A stretch of DNA of 64,000 nucleotides, taken from the IMG/VR virus record IMGVR_UViG_3300036791_000462, positions 32,001 through 96,000 of that record, one strand, 5' to 3'. Both the position numbers and the translations under genes were made by a program. The notes under the pieces are model-generated. The model made no database searches. It was not told where the DNA came from and saw only the letters and a program-made list of their open reading frames with translations. Positions 16,750-27,199 of the stretch are shown piece after piece; position 1 is the first letter of the stretch, and each line of letters starts with the position of its first letter. This stretch comes from a virus.

Positions 16750-19604
16750 GCCACCCTCGGGCGCAGCACCCCGGTGAGCCGATTGCCCCGACGGGCGCGG
16801 TTACCTGTTGGTTCCTGGGTGCCTGCCAGGATCGCGTTGGTGCGCGCGGTCAGGCCCTTCAGTTCTCTGGCGGCAGCGCGCTGCTCGTCGCGGGTGCCGA
16901 GAATCACCTCGTGCGGGTCCGCGACGAGCCCGCCGTGCTGGGACACGCCCCACGCCCGGTCGTAGTACGGCTTCGCGGCTTTCTGCAGGTCCGCGACAAC
17001 CTGTTTCTCGGCCGGTGTCGGCTCGCGTTTCTGCTGTTTGGCAAGCTCCTCGACCTGGCGTTCCAACTCGTAGTAGTGGTGGCCCGGCCCGATCTCCTTC
17101 GTCCACCACAGCGGGTTGGTGTTGACCTGAAGCTCGGTCGTCAGCCCACCGGCGGACTCGGGTGCGCGCAGGATCAGGGTCGTGTCGCCGTACCCGTTCT
17201 CCGTCGAGCGGTTCGACCCGTTCGCGTCCACCAGACGGCGTTTCATCCGCTCCACCGTCCAGCCCTTCGCAGCGACCTGCTGGCGGATCGTCGCGAGCGT
17301 GTGTTCGAGATCCTGCGCGGTCGGGACGGTCACCGTCGCACGAACCGCGTCGTGCAGGTCAGAGAAGTCGTTCGCGTGACCCAGCGACGCCTGCTTCGCA
17401 ATCGCTCGCTTCAGGCTCTTGATCGGCGCGACGATCAGGTGCGGCTGGTCCATGTTGTGCTGGATGTCCTGCCCGGTCTGCTGGAAGCTCTTGCCCTGCG
17501 AAATGTCGTGCTTGGTCCCGCCAAGCTGGTCGATCACGCCGGTGCCGATGTCGAGGATCTGCTGCAACGCCGGAAGCGTTTTCGACTCGCCTCGCGCGAG
17601 AAGCTCCTGCGGGTCGCTGACCGGCTGTTTCTTCTTCTCCCCGTCGCCGGTGATCCCGAACTGGTCGCGCATCGACTGAAACTCCTTCGAGACGTTGCGG
17701 CCCACACGACGCTCGACCTCGGGGTTCGTTCGGGTCGTCTGCCCGCCCGTTTTCCAGACGCCGCGCTTCGGGCCTGCCACGTCACGCACGCCAGGTAGCT
17801 GCTCGTGCGCCTTGGCGAGCACCTGCGCGTACGCGCGGTCGGCAGGGATCGCGTAGTCCGAACCGTCGAGCTTCTTGTCCTCCGCGCCCGACGGGAAGCT
17901 GATCTTGCCGTCCGGCAGCGCTTGGGCTACGAGCCTCGGTGGGTTCGGTCGGCCGGACGCTTCGTCCAACCCCTGGTTGGTGTCGTACACGTGGACTCGC
18001 GCGCCCATCTGCGCCGCCTTGTCCATCACGCCGGGGATCGTCGCGGACACGTCGCGGTGGACCGCGCGCATGATCACGTCGGGGATCATGCGACCGCCCG
18101 CCTCGGCGTTCGCACGCGCCTTCTCGGCACGGTCCTTCGCGCGGCTGATCGCGTCGTTCGTCGGCGTGCTGACGTAGGAGATGCGCGGGTTGACGTACCC
18201 CGCGTCGGTGAACGACTTGACGCGCTTGGCGACCTCGTCGGCGTTCGTGTTCGTGATCCCGTCCACGATCACGTTCAGCTTGCGCTTCTGCGCCTCCGCC
18301 ATCACGTGCTGCGCGATGTCCCACGCCTCGGCGTACACCCGCAGGTTCGCCTCCGGGTCATCCGCCGAGCTTGCCTGAAACTCGGGTAGCTCCGCCTTGA
18401 TCAGGTCCGGGTCGAGGAGCAGCGCGTTCTGAGGCAGCGCATCCGGGTCGTCAGGGTGCTTCTGGCTGAGCATGTGCAACAGCCCGCCCTTCCCGGCCGC
18501 GTACCCACCGCCGGTGAACATCACGGTCGGCTTGCCGGACGGCGCTTTCAGATACGAGTTCGTTTTGCTGAGCCCCCGGTCGTTGCCCTTCGCGTCCAGG
18601 TTGTGCTCGCGCAGCATCATGTCGATGATCCGCGCGTGCAGCTTCGCGCGGGACTGGTCCCACGTGCCGTCCGGGTTGCGGTACATCTCAGCGGTCGTCG
18701 GCCTGGTGGTCGCATCCTCCGCGTACGCCAACAGCGTTTTCTGGGACACGCGGCCCGCATCGTTGAAGTGAACCTCCGCTTGGCTCAGATCATGCTCACC
18801 GCGAACCTGCCCAGCGGCCGGGGTTGAGCGTGACAGCCCGACGCGACGCACCCGGCGGCCGATCCGCTTCTCCAGCGACTTGGTGCGCCGTTCGTACAGC
18901 GCCGACTGGCCGTGCGCGAGCGTCTGCTTACGGTCGTGGATCGCGTTGGTGTGCGCCTGCTCCTTCGCGAAGTGCTCCGCCGCCGCCGCGTGGTCACCAC
19001 GTTTCGCTGCCGCGTTGCCCGCCTTGCGTTCCTGGGTCGCGAGCCGCTCCAGGCGCTGGCGTCCAGCGAGGTGAACCTTCTGCGCGTCGGTGGCCTCCTG
19101 TTTGAACTGGCGCAGGCTCATCGCCTCCGGGAGCGTGCCGCCAGTCTGCACCGCCTTACCCGCAGGATGCGGTTCGGGGGTCGCGAACACGGGAAACTTC
19201 CCGCCTCTGACGCCAGCCCGGCGGCCCTTCAGCACCTTGATCTCGCCCGGCATCCGCTCCGTCGGTGGGCGCTGGATCGTTTTCAGACGCGGGCCTGAGT
19301 GAACCGCTTTCGCGATCCGGTTCTGCGGCACGACCTCGTGGGAGCGGAGCTTCGCGTCGGCAAACGCGCCGCCGAGCTTGTCGATCCACTTCCCGCCACG
19401 GCCGCGCGGGTGCAGCACCTCGGTCCAGTCAACCTCCTGCAGGCCGGTGAGCGCCAGGTCGAGCACGCCTGCCTGCTCCCACAGGTCAAGTTCGGTGTGC
19501 GACACCCAGCCGATCCGGTCCAGATCGTCGGTGGTGGCGAGCCCCCGGCGCAAGAACTCCTCTCGGAGGGTGGCGTTCTCGCGCGCAATGGTGGCAGCCT
19601 CCAT
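16746..19604 (-). CDS. HPRGRGG-tagged fusion: Zeta-toxin-like P-loop kinase + RelA/SpoT-like synthetase
   Basis: FTGGGYAAGKG, LLDPDLIK, NVIVDG (Zeta); IKSLKRAIAK, DAVRAT, NGYGD, ELQVNT, GHHYYE (RSH synthetase motifs). Confidence 0.8.
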   Translation of the reverse strand: MEAATIARENATLREEFLRRGLATTDDLDRIGWVSHTELDLWEQAGVLDLALTGLQEVDWTEVLHPRGRGGKWIDKLGGAFADAKLRSHEVVPQNRIAKAVHSGPRLKTIQRPPTERMPGEIKVLKGRRAGVRGGKFPVFATPEPHPAGKAVQTGGTLPEAMSLRQFKQEATDAQKVHLAGRQRLERLATQERKAGNAAAKRGDHAAAAEHFAKEQAHTNAIHDRKQTLAHGQSALYERRTKSLEKRIGRRVRRVGLSRSTPAAGQVRGEHDLSQAEVHFNDAGRVSQKTLLAYAEDATTRPTTAEMYRNPDGTWDQSRAKLHARIIDMMLREHNLDAKGNDRGLSKTNSYLKAPSGKPTVMFTGGGYAAGKGGLLHMLSQKHPDDPDALPQNALLLDPDLIKAELPEFQASSADDPEANLRVYAEAWDIAQHVMAEAQKRKLNVIVDGITNTNADEVAKRVKSFTDAGYVNPRISYVSTPTNDAISRAKDRAEKARANAEAGGRMIPDVIMRAVHRDVSATIPGVMDKAAQMGARVHVYDTNQGLDEASGRPNPPRLVAQALPDGKISFPSGAEDKKLDGSDYAIPADRAYAQVLAKAHEQLPGVRDVAGPKRGVWKTGGQTTRTNPEVERRVGRNVSKEFQSMRDQFGITGDGEKKKQPVSDPQELLARGESKTLPALQQILDIGTGVIDQLGGTKHDISQGKSFQQTGQDIQHNMDQPHLIVAPIKSLKRAIAKQASLGHANDFSDLHDAVRATVTVPTAQDLEHTLATIRQQVAAKGWTVERMKRRLVDANGSNRSTENGYGDTTLILRAPESAGGLTTELQVNTNPLWWTKEIGPGHHYYELERQVEELAKQQKREPTPAEKQVVADLQKAAKPYYDRAWGVSQHGGLVADPHEVILGTRDEQRAAARELKGLTARTNAILAGTQEPTGNRARRGNRLTGVLRPRVA

Positions 19605-19641
19605 TTGGGCGGCAATGCTAACGCCGCTGCAGGCGGTTACC

Positions 19642-19905
19642 TCAGACGAACGGTGAGCGCTCCTGCGGGCGCGTCAACCGCCACCACTTCCGTGCCTGCT
19701 CCACTTTCTGTCTGATCGCGGGTCGCTGGTCCTCGTAGATGCAGTGGTCGCACACCGCTTCGAACTGCAGCAGCCGCTCTTTCGCGAACCGGCCGCAACA
19801 CCGGCAGCGACACTGGTGCAGCGCATGTCGTTGGCTGGCCTCGCGGCGGTCGTCGTCCACATCCTGCGGTGAGACGAACAGTCGCAGGCTGCTTCGGTCG
19901 GGCAT
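19642..19905 (-). CDS. Small Zn-finger protein
   Basis: CRCRCC...CDHC; TAGAGT 6 nt upstream of ATG. Confidence 0.45.
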   Translation of the reverse strand: MPDRSSLRLFVSPQDVDDDRREASQRHALHQCRCRCCGRFAKERLLQFEAVCDHCIYEDQRPAIRQKVEQARKWWRLTRPQERSPFV

Positions 19906-19914
19906 GCGCGGACT

Positions 19915-20148
19915 CTATCGTGCGCTTGCGACCCACTCTCGATAGAGGCTCATCACCTCATCCGGCGCGTAGCTGCGCGCGTCCAGGTCAAGCCACTCCA
20001 GGAACCGTAGTGCGCGGTCCTCCGAGGACTCGCCATCTTCGCCTTCCTCGAACACCGGTCCGAACGCGATCCCGGTCACGCTGTCGTACAGCACCGCGAC
20101 CTCGCGGGAGTCGCCCGTCTCAAACCCGATGATGATCCTGACGCTCAC
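19915..20148 (-). CDS. Hypothetical protein
   Basis: ORF with globular composition. Confidence 0.55.
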   Translation of the reverse strand: MSVRIIIGFETGDSREVAVLYDSVTGIAFGPVFEEGEDGESSEDRALRFLEWLDLDARSYAPDEVMSLYREWVASAR

Positions 20149-20213
20149 GTTGATCCTGCGACCCCCAGGACTTGGTGGTCCACCGTTGTCCTGGGGGTCG
20201 GTAGGTCAGGCGA

Positions 20214-21965
20214 TCAGGTCGCCTGAATCCGGACGTGCATCGCCTTGCGGTTCAGCACGACGCGGACCTGGTGCCCGTTGCGGATCAGACGGCGCAGAAC
20301 GCCGCATGTCTGGCCCTTCCCATTCAGTTCGCGAATGAGAACCTCACATGAGGTCTTCGAGCCCTTCGAGTTGAGCCACAGCACGTTGCGATGACCCTTG
20401 CGCAGGTAGCTCACTCGCTCGCCAACGAGGCAGCGCAGCACCGGCGGCTTGCTACCAGTGGGGGCCACGTACGGAGGCGGCGTGTCAACGACAGGCATCG
20501 GGTAGACGCCCGGCATCGTCGGGGTCGTGACCGGCACGACAGTCGGCGCTGGGGTTGTCGCCCCGGTGCCTGAGCCCGTCCCTGAGCCCGTGCCCGTAGC
20601 GGGCGGGATGACCGGCAGCGGCGGGGTGCCAGCAGTGGCGTTCGTGAACGTCACCTCGGTCACACCAGCGCTGATCGTGGCTGTGATCGTCCCTGCGGAC
20701 AGGCTGTCCGAGACGAAGTCGGCCGATGGGTCAACCGCTTCGCCGATGACCGACAGTCCGGTCGTGGGCGTTTCGGTGATCGTCTCGGTCGCGCTGAGCG
20801 GGAACGAGCCCGCGATGGCGCAGAAGCCAGCCGGGACGCTCAGCGTCTGGCCGCCGATGGTGAACTTGAACACCTGGCCGACGGTGACGCCGGTACCCGC
20901 GTTCTTGCAGACCTTCAGCAGACCCGGTGCGGCCGGGACGTTGGTGTAGAACACGTCCGTCTCGCCGGACCCGAGCGTCACGCTGACGTTCCCGCCATTG
21001 AGGTCGGTCGAGCCTGGCACCGCGCGGTTGTCGGTCACGTTGATCGCGCTGACAGCCGTGCCTGGGACGGCGGTTTCGTGGATGTTCAGAACGGTCCCGC
21101 CTGGGTACGGAGTCGGGATCAGCACACAGCTACCTGGGAACGGTTCGGCAACGGCGGTGTACGTGTTGCCGCCGACCGTGAACGAGTAGATCGTCCCGTT
21201 CAGGCTGGACGCCCCCGCGATCTTGCAGATCTTCAGCCGCGAGGTTGAGTTGACGAACGTCTCGATGACTTCGTTGTTGACATCGGTGCCCTGCGGGACG
21301 TTGACCTCGGTCGTGTCAGCGGCGAGGTTGTCGGACAGCAGGTCGGTCGAGGGGATCGTGGAGACGGCCACCAGGTCGGTGTTGTTCGACCCGATCTCGT
21401 TGACCTGATCCGTTCCGGCTGGCACCCGGAACGAGTCCGAGCAAGCGCCGACCGGCACGCCCGAGACGACCTTGTCGAAGCCCATCGGCCCCTTGACCTC
21501 GAACGTGAACGTGCCCGTCAACCCGGAGCCCTGCGCTGCTGATTTGCAGATCTCCAGAGTGCCGAACATCTCTTTGTTCGTGTATTCGACCGTGGTCGCG
21601 GTCGAGATGTCGCCCGCCGCGACCGTGACCACATCCGTGCGTGTGCTCAGGTTCGAGGACACGAGGTCGGCCTGCGGGATCGTGTCGGTCGCCGTCTCAG
21701 CCGTGAAGGTGTTCGACGCCTCCACGACCGTGTGGTTGCCAGCAGGCACCTGCAGCGGTGCCGAACACTGCCCGGTGAGCACAACTACCTGGTGCCCATC
21801 GACCGTGAACGTGAACGGCCCCGTCACCGGCGCGGTGGAGTCTGAGTGCTTGCAGATCTCCAGGAATCCGGTTGGTACGGCGGTCGGTACGGACGCGCTC
21901 GCGAGCGCCGGTACGACCAGGGCGGCGACAGCGACAGCTACCGCCACCAGAATGACTTTCTTCAT
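20214..21965 (-). CDS. Secreted/surface protein with four Ig-like (pilin/SpaA-like) repeats
   Basis: Sec signal MKKVILVAVAVAVAALVVPALASA; repeats starting LEICK/LEICK/LKICK/LKVCK, each with a second Cys and ending [FY]xN; Pro/Thr stalk; basic C-terminal domain. Confidence 0.75.
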   Translation of the reverse strand: MKKVILVAVAVAVAALVVPALASASVPTAVPTGFLEICKHSDSTAPVTGPFTFTVDGHQVVVLTGQCSAPLQVPAGNHTVVEASNTFTAETATDTIPQADLVSSNLSTRTDVVTVAAGDISTATTVEYTNKEMFGTLEICKSAAQGSGLTGTFTFEVKGPMGFDKVVSGVPVGACSDSFRVPAGTDQVNEIGSNNTDLVAVSTIPSTDLLSDNLAADTTEVNVPQGTDVNNEVIETFVNSTSRLKICKIAGASSLNGTIYSFTVGGNTYTAVAEPFPGSCVLIPTPYPGGTVLNIHETAVPGTAVSAINVTDNRAVPGSTDLNGGNVSVTLGSGETDVFYTNVPAAPGLLKVCKNAGTGVTVGQVFKFTIGGQTLSVPAGFCAIAGSFPLSATETITETPTTGLSVIGEAVDPSADFVSDSLSAGTITATISAGVTEVTFTNATAGTPPLPVIPPATGTGSGTGSGTGATTPAPTVVPVTTPTMPGVYPMPVVDTPPPYVAPTGSKPPVLRCLVGERVSYLRKGHRNVLWLNSKGSKTSCEVLIRELNGKGQTCGVLRRLIRNGHQVRVVLNRKAMHVRIQAT

Positions 21966-22905
21966 GCGAAGAACTCTCCCGTCACAAGATTTACAGAGAA
22001 ACAGTTGATCCGTTGTGTCTCGTTTCTGCTAATTGCCCCCTCCCGAGCCCAGCGTCTGCGCAGCGGTTAGCTGCTCCACTTACACAGACAGTGGACTTAG
22101 ATCAGCTTTACCAGGTGCCACGGTGCCATCGCGGCGGGGGGATCTTACTCCCTGTGACGAACCCAACCAGGGTTTTTCTGGTGATCGTCTGTGGTCACCT
22201 CTCGCGCTCCCGATAGCCGCAGCCGCAGCACACGCGGTAGATCCGCCACGGCAGCCAGCCACGCACCCGAATGAAGTTGTGCCCCAACTCGCCCCACTTC
22301 GGACAGACGCTCATGGCGGCGTGCGGTTCGCGTCGGGGTGAGCGGCAAGCCAGTTCCGGTGAAGTTCTGGCGTAAGCCTTGGATCGGGTTCCTTCGTCGC
22401 CCACAGGCGACCCCGATGCGCGTTCCCTCGCGGCGTATGACAGCGCTCGCCGACGCCTGCGCCGCAACTAGGACAGCCAATCGCAAGCGCATACCGTTCT
22501 GCCTGCTCGCTCAAATCACCACAGCCCTTCGGCAGCCGTGCGGAGGTCGGCGATGAACTCCTCAACCTCGTCGCGCGAGTACAAGGCCGGTCCTTCGCTG
22601 TCGGCTGTCCCACCGTTCGCGCGGTACACGACCAGCACGCGGCGTTGGCGTTCGCGTGTCCCGTCGCCCCAGACCTGCTCGGCGATCACCCAGCCCTTGT
22701 CCTCGTCAACCACCCTGTCCCCCGTTCGTGAGCGGGGCTCGCCCGAACAGGATGCAGATCGCCTCGGAGGCAAGCGTGTCGCAACCCGCCTCGCAGATCT
22801 CCCACGGCTCCGTGTGACCCAGCGCATCGTGCAGCCGCATCGACAGGCCCCAGTGGCGCTCAATCGGGATGTGCTCAAAGTCGAGCGTGCCGCCAGGCTC
22901 GGCCA

Positions 22906-23157
22906 TCAGTTCCACGGCGCGGCTCGGCGCATGTCGGCAAAGTGATCGTCGGGGGTGATCTCCGGGTGCATCCACTTCCAGATCTCCCAGCGCCCAAGAG
23001 CGAACACGAAGCCGATGCCGACGCCGACCGCGACCCCTTCCAGCGGCGTCACCGACACGAGCGTCAGGACGCCGAACACGACGGCGGCGCTGAGCAACGC
23101 GTTCGGCCAGTAGCGCGGTGTCCACGCCCGGCGGGTGCGACTGTAAAACCTACTCAT
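22906..23157 (-). CDS. Small two-TM membrane protein
   Basis: Two hydrophobic segments. Confidence 0.5.
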   Translation of the reverse strand: MSRFYSRTRRAWTPRYWPNALLSAAVVFGVLTLVSVTPLEGVAVGVGIGFVFALGRWEIWKWMHPEITPDDHFADMRRAAPWN

Positions 23158-23405
23158 CGCCCACGATCCCGCGTCGTCGGCATTCGCGTTCAAGCTCCGC
23201 CATCAGCGACCGTTCGGGCTCGATCCCACGCTTGAACTGGTGGCGGCGATCAAGCTCCTGGAGGATGTCCAGCAGGCAGTAGGCCTCGGCGTCGCTGAAC
23301 CCGTCCCAGCGCTTGCGGCGGTCGCGGCGACGCAGGCGGCGCGGCTGTCTCGGCACGTCGGACAGCGTGGCATCCATCTGCGGCATCCGGAAGACCGTGG
23401 TGTCG

Positions 23406-23738
23406 TCAGCGTCGGCCATACGGCCCACCCGCGCGGTTGACCGCGTCGATCAGGTCCGGCATCGCGTTGAGAGCCGCCTGCCGGGAGATCGCCCGCATCC
23501 TGACCACGTCGCACGCGGCCTCCTCGATGTCGAGCAACTGCTCCAGCCGCTCTGTGCGCCAGCACGCCCTGAAACGCTCCCAGCGGGTTTTGGCCTGGTG
23601 GTAGCGACAGTAGGTGCCGCGCCCCGATTTCAGGATCGCGATGTGGTGGGTGCGGGTGCAACGGCCCACGTAATGCTTGCCCAGGCGCATGCGGCGGACA
23701 GCGGGGCGGGCTTCACCGCGAGAGCGGTCAGCCTTCAT
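23406..23738 (-). CDS. Hypothetical protein
   Basis: ORF in coupled small-gene string. Confidence 0.45.
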   Translation of the reverse strand: MKADRSRGEARPAVRRMRLGKHYVGRCTRTHHIAILKSGRGTYCRYHQAKTRWERFRACWRTERLEQLLDIEEAACDVVRMRAISRQAALNAMPDLIDAVNRAGGPYGRR

Positions 23739-23762
23739 CTCGGTCCATCACCCTAACCCCGC

Positions 23763-24056
23763 CTACCGGGTTCCTATCCCGGAATCGGCCTGCTGACCGG
23801 CCGATACCTTGAGCAATTCCAGCAACTCCATCGCGCGGTCGTGCGTGTTGTTGAAGTCCTCCTCGTCGCCGTCCGGCGTGACCCATTCTTTGTACTGGTG
23901 CTCAGCGTCGGCGTAGACGCCGTCGATCTGTTTGTGACCCGCGACCCAGCGCACAAACTGGTTCAGCCACACGGCCTCGGTTTTCAGCCGCTCGTTCTCG
24001 ACGGTCAACTGCTCGATCACGCGCTCGGCCGCTCGCATCGCTGGCGGTTGAGGCAT
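23763..24056 (-). CDS. Hypothetical protein
   Basis: Coiled-coil N-terminus. Confidence 0.5.
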   Translation of the reverse strand: MPQPPAMRAAERVIEQLTVENERLKTEAVWLNQFVRWVAGHKQIDGVYADAEHQYKEWVTPDGDEEDFNNTHDRAMELLELLKVSAGQQADSGIGTR

Positions 24057-24235
24057 CAGTCAGTCGGCCTGCTGCTCGGCCGATGTCTCTGAGGTCTTCG
24101 TGCGCTTGGCGTTAGCGCGACTGATCGCCACCTGCTCGCGCACACGCAGGTCGGGGTTGCCCTCGTTCGCGTCGGCGTAAGCGCCGGGACCGATCACCTC
24201 GTCGCAGACCTGCCGGGCGATGTCCCACATGTGAT

Positions 24236-24285
24236 CTCCTCTCGGTCGGGAACCGGTTTGGAGCATAACGCACGACGGGTGATAG
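24236..24285 (-). promoter_or_regulatory. Repeated promoter cassette (variant)
   Basis: TATCACCCGTCGTGCGTTATGCT...GACCGAGAGGAG. Confidence 0.65.
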
Positions 24286-24430
24286 AGTCCCGCGCTTCCT
24301 TACCGGTCGTTTAGCCACCAACGAAAGGAGCCGCACCACACGACCAACTAGCTGAGCCCCCGGAACGTAAGCGAGTACGGGAACAGGCTCGGCGTGCTGA
24401 TCAGTGACCTCAGACCGTCAGGAGGAGTCT

Positions 24431-25024
24431 TTGAAACGCTTGACTCTCGCGGCCAGCATCTTTGCGCTGGCCGTTGCTCTACCTGGAGCCGCCGACGCGC
24501 GGTTATCCGACGCGCAGTACCACGCCTACTACCACGCCTACGCGCACGTGGTTCAGCAGTTCGGCCTACGCGCCGCCGGTTGCAAGCTGATGGGTGCGGA
24601 CCGCACCTGCCACGAACAGCCAACCGACCAGCGGGTGCTGGCCTCGACGGACGTGCTGCACAGGATCGTCGGGCCTGTCGCGTACCCAGCAGCGGCGCAC
24701 CAGTCGCATCACTTCCGTCCGAACCTGCCCGCGAGCACGCCGTCGGTGCCGACCCCGGCGATGAACGGACCGGTGCTCGCGTCCTACTACGACCTCTCCG
24801 GTGATGGTGCGTGCGGCGCACCGGCGCAGTCGGGCTACCAGTTCGCTTCGCTGATCCTGCCGTGCGGGACGCGGATCGTGATCTGCAACGGCTCGACGTG
24901 CGTGACCGCGACGATGAACGACCACGGCCCCTACGTCGCTGGGCGCACGTTCGACCTGAATGTGGCGTTGAAGGATGCGCTGGGCTGCGGCGGGCTCTGT
25001 GAGGTGACCTGGCGACCAGCCTAG
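24431..25024 (+). CDS. Secreted RlpA-like double-psi beta-barrel protein (lytic transglycosylase/expansin-like)
   Basis: AGGAGGAG RBS, TTG start, signal peptide ending ADA; ASYY, LPCGTRIVI, NDHGPYVAGRTFDL. Confidence 0.8.
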   Translation: MKRLTLAASIFALAVALPGAADARLSDAQYHAYYHAYAHVVQQFGLRAAGCKLMGADRTCHEQPTDQRVLASTDVLHRIVGPVAYPAAAHQSHHFRPNLPASTPSVPTPAMNGPVLASYYDLSGDGACGAPAQSGYQFASLILPCGTRIVICNGSTCVTATMNDHGPYVAGRTFDLNVALKDALGCGGLCEVTWRPA

Positions 25025-25299
25025 GATGTGTGCTGCGCCGCTCTCCCGTGCCCTTTCGAGCGGGACGCTCGTCGGGAGAGCGGCGCGAACGAATCTGTGG
25101 CGCAGCCGCCCGGCGGCCGGATCATCTGGCGGGTGCTCGCGTTCATGATCCGCGTTGACGGTGGGGTGGAGATCTCCGGGAACGTTCGCGACCTCGCCGA
25201 CCTGATCGGCTGGATCGCGGTCGCGGTCAAGCACGGTGAGGCGACCGCCGCGTACGTGACCGACGAGACGCTCACGAGACTGCGAATCGAACTGCTGGA

Positions 25300-25488
25300 C
25301 TAGTCGATCAGCAGTCGCTGGCCCATGCCCATCCCCAGGCCGCGTCCGAACCTTTCAAAGCACGGAACGCATTGATACGCCCACGGTCCCATCGTGGTCG
25401 CGGCATCGTACGCTGCCGGTCGTTCCTTGCAGATGTCGCAGGTCGGTCGTTCGCTGAGCACGTCGGTGGCGGTGTCGTCGTACAGCAC
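25300..25488 (-). CDS. Small Zn-finger protein
   Basis: CDIC...YDAAT..GPWAYQCVPC...GLGMGMGQ. Confidence 0.6.
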   Translation of the reverse strand: MLYDDTATDVLSERPTCDICKERPAAYDAATTMGPWAYQCVPCFERFGRGLGMGMGQRLLID

Positions 25489-25495
25489 GCGGCAT

Positions 25496-25544
25496 TCCTC
25501 TCGGTCGGTGTCCCACCACCAGCATAGCGCACGTCGTGCGTTAG
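25496..25544 (-). promoter_or_regulatory. Repeated promoter cassette
   Basis: TAACGCACGACGTGCGCTATGCT...GACCGAGAGGA. Confidence 0.8.
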
Positions 25545-26179
25545 CGCAATGGTTTGCGCGACACGCCTACGACGCGAGGTCCAGCGACCCCTGGCCCGTC
25601 AACCCGCGCTTCATCTTCTGCACACAGTCGTCGTGCGCGAACACGTCGAGGTAGCGGTACACAACCCGGTCGGACATGTCGCGGCGGTTACCTGACGCGC
25701 GCAGCCGCTTGCGGGCGGTGAAGCACGACGTGGCCTGCCACACCTGCAGCCCATCCGGGTCAATCGGCTTCTTGCAGAAGAAACAGTTCATGGCTCTCCT
25801 CGGTCGCGGGACATCCCGTCGCGAAATGTACGCGCAGCCGCAGACACCGCCCTTCCAAGACGCACGAACCAGGCTCCCAGGCGTTTGCAGGCTCCCTGAG
25901 CCCACCTCAGCGCCGTGGCGGCGATCCCAGCGACCCACACGGCCCCTGCAGCGACCAGCGCGCCGAGCGCCAGCACAGCCGCCCAGAGGCGCATCAGCAC
26001 CGTCGGCCGCTCCAGTTGGATCCTCGGCGGTCCTGTCTGCCACTCCGGTTTGAAGCCGCTGACCCACATCGTTTCGGACCGGTGGCAGCGTTCGCACACG
26101 CGCGTCCTTGTCGGCAGGTCCGAGCCGTTGCGCCAGTCGGAGAACTCGTGGCCGTACAGCGCGCAGCGAACCCTGCCGG

Positions 26180-27199
26180 TCAGAGATACTCGCGGTTGGC
26201 GATCACCTGGTCGCGGTATTTCGGTGGCAGTGTCTCGCACAGAAGCAGCCGGTCGGACGATTCGCGCGCCTGCTCGATCTCACCGAGATGCCAGGCGGCG
26301 ATGGATAGCTCAAATTCGCAGCCCCATTCGTACACCCAGCGGTGGACGAACAGCGCGTCTTCGGACATCGGGATCCGCGTGCCACGCTCAGCGACAACGT
26401 GCGCGGCGGCCCAGAACGCACGGTGACGCATCCGCCACGCGATCTCGTACAGCGGCTCGGCTCTGCTCGGGCGAAAGCTCCACGCTGCCAGCAGCCGCTC
26501 GATGTCGCCGGTCAGCTTGCCGATCTCGTACAGCGCGCAGAAGTGCTCCTCGGTCCAGCCGCCGAGCGCGGCGCGGTGCTCGTAGACGCTGAGCGCCTCG
26601 TCGCGACGGCCGAGGTCGCGCAGCGTGTTCGCGAGGTAGAAGACGGTGCGCGGGTCGTTGGGGTGGCGCTCGTTCTCGTCGGACAGGAGCTTCAGGTCAC
26701 GCTCGAACTTCTCCGGGCGATGCCCACCATCGCCGCTGTGCAGCACCGTGATCGACCGCAGACGCTGCGGCGGGATCTCCGCCTCGTTCGTCGCGATGTA
26801 CTCGTGCGTCGGCCCCACGAAAAACCAGTGTTTGTGACCTGACACCAATCGTTTGATCCAATACTCCGGGTCACCCTCATGGCGCAGCATGTAACTATCC
26901 ACCGCAAGGTTCAGTTCGACCTCGTCGTATGTGACAGTGTGGTCGGCGTCGAGCAGCAGCAGCCAGTCAGCTTTCCCGTACGCCAACTCCATCAGTTCGG
27001 TGCGGTTGTGACCAAAGTTCACCCATTCGCGTTCGTGCAGTTCACCGGGTATTCCGCTGCTTTCGATCAGGCGTTGGGTGCCGTCCTGGCTGCCGGTGTC
27101 AACGACCACAAACCTGTCCACCAGGCGGCGAACAGACTCCAGGCAGCGAACAATCGTGCTCGCCTCATCCCGAACGATCATCGCCAGCGCGATGCTCAG
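26180..27199 (-). CDS. Glycosyltransferase family 2 with C-terminal TPR repeats (start uncertain)
   Basis: MIVRDEA, VVVDTGSQDGT, NFGHNR, LLLDAD, THE; FYLANTLRDLGR TPR-like helices. Confidence 0.85.
   Translation of the reverse strand: MSIALAMIVRDEASTIVRCLESVRRLVDRFVVVDTGSQDGTQRLIESSGIPGELHEREWVNFGHNRTELMELAYGKADWLLLLDADHTVTYDEVELNLAVDSYMLRHEGDPEYWIKRLVSGHKHWFFVGPTHEYIATNEAEIPPQRLRSITVLHSGDGGHRPEKFERDLKLLSDENERHPNDPRTVFYLANTLRDLGRRDEALSVYEHRAALGGWTEEHFCALYEIGKLTGDIERLLAAWSFRPSRAEPLYEIAWRMRHRAFWAAAHVVAERGTRIPMSEDALFVHRWVYEWGCEFELSIAAWHLGEIEQARESSDRLLLCETLPPKYRDQVIANREYL

Noticed and set aside
24300-24425. c-di-AMP (ydaO) riboswitch upstream of the RlpA-like gene
   Set aside because: Context fits, but I could not find the conserved ydaO sequence blocks; kept only as an unassigned structured leader
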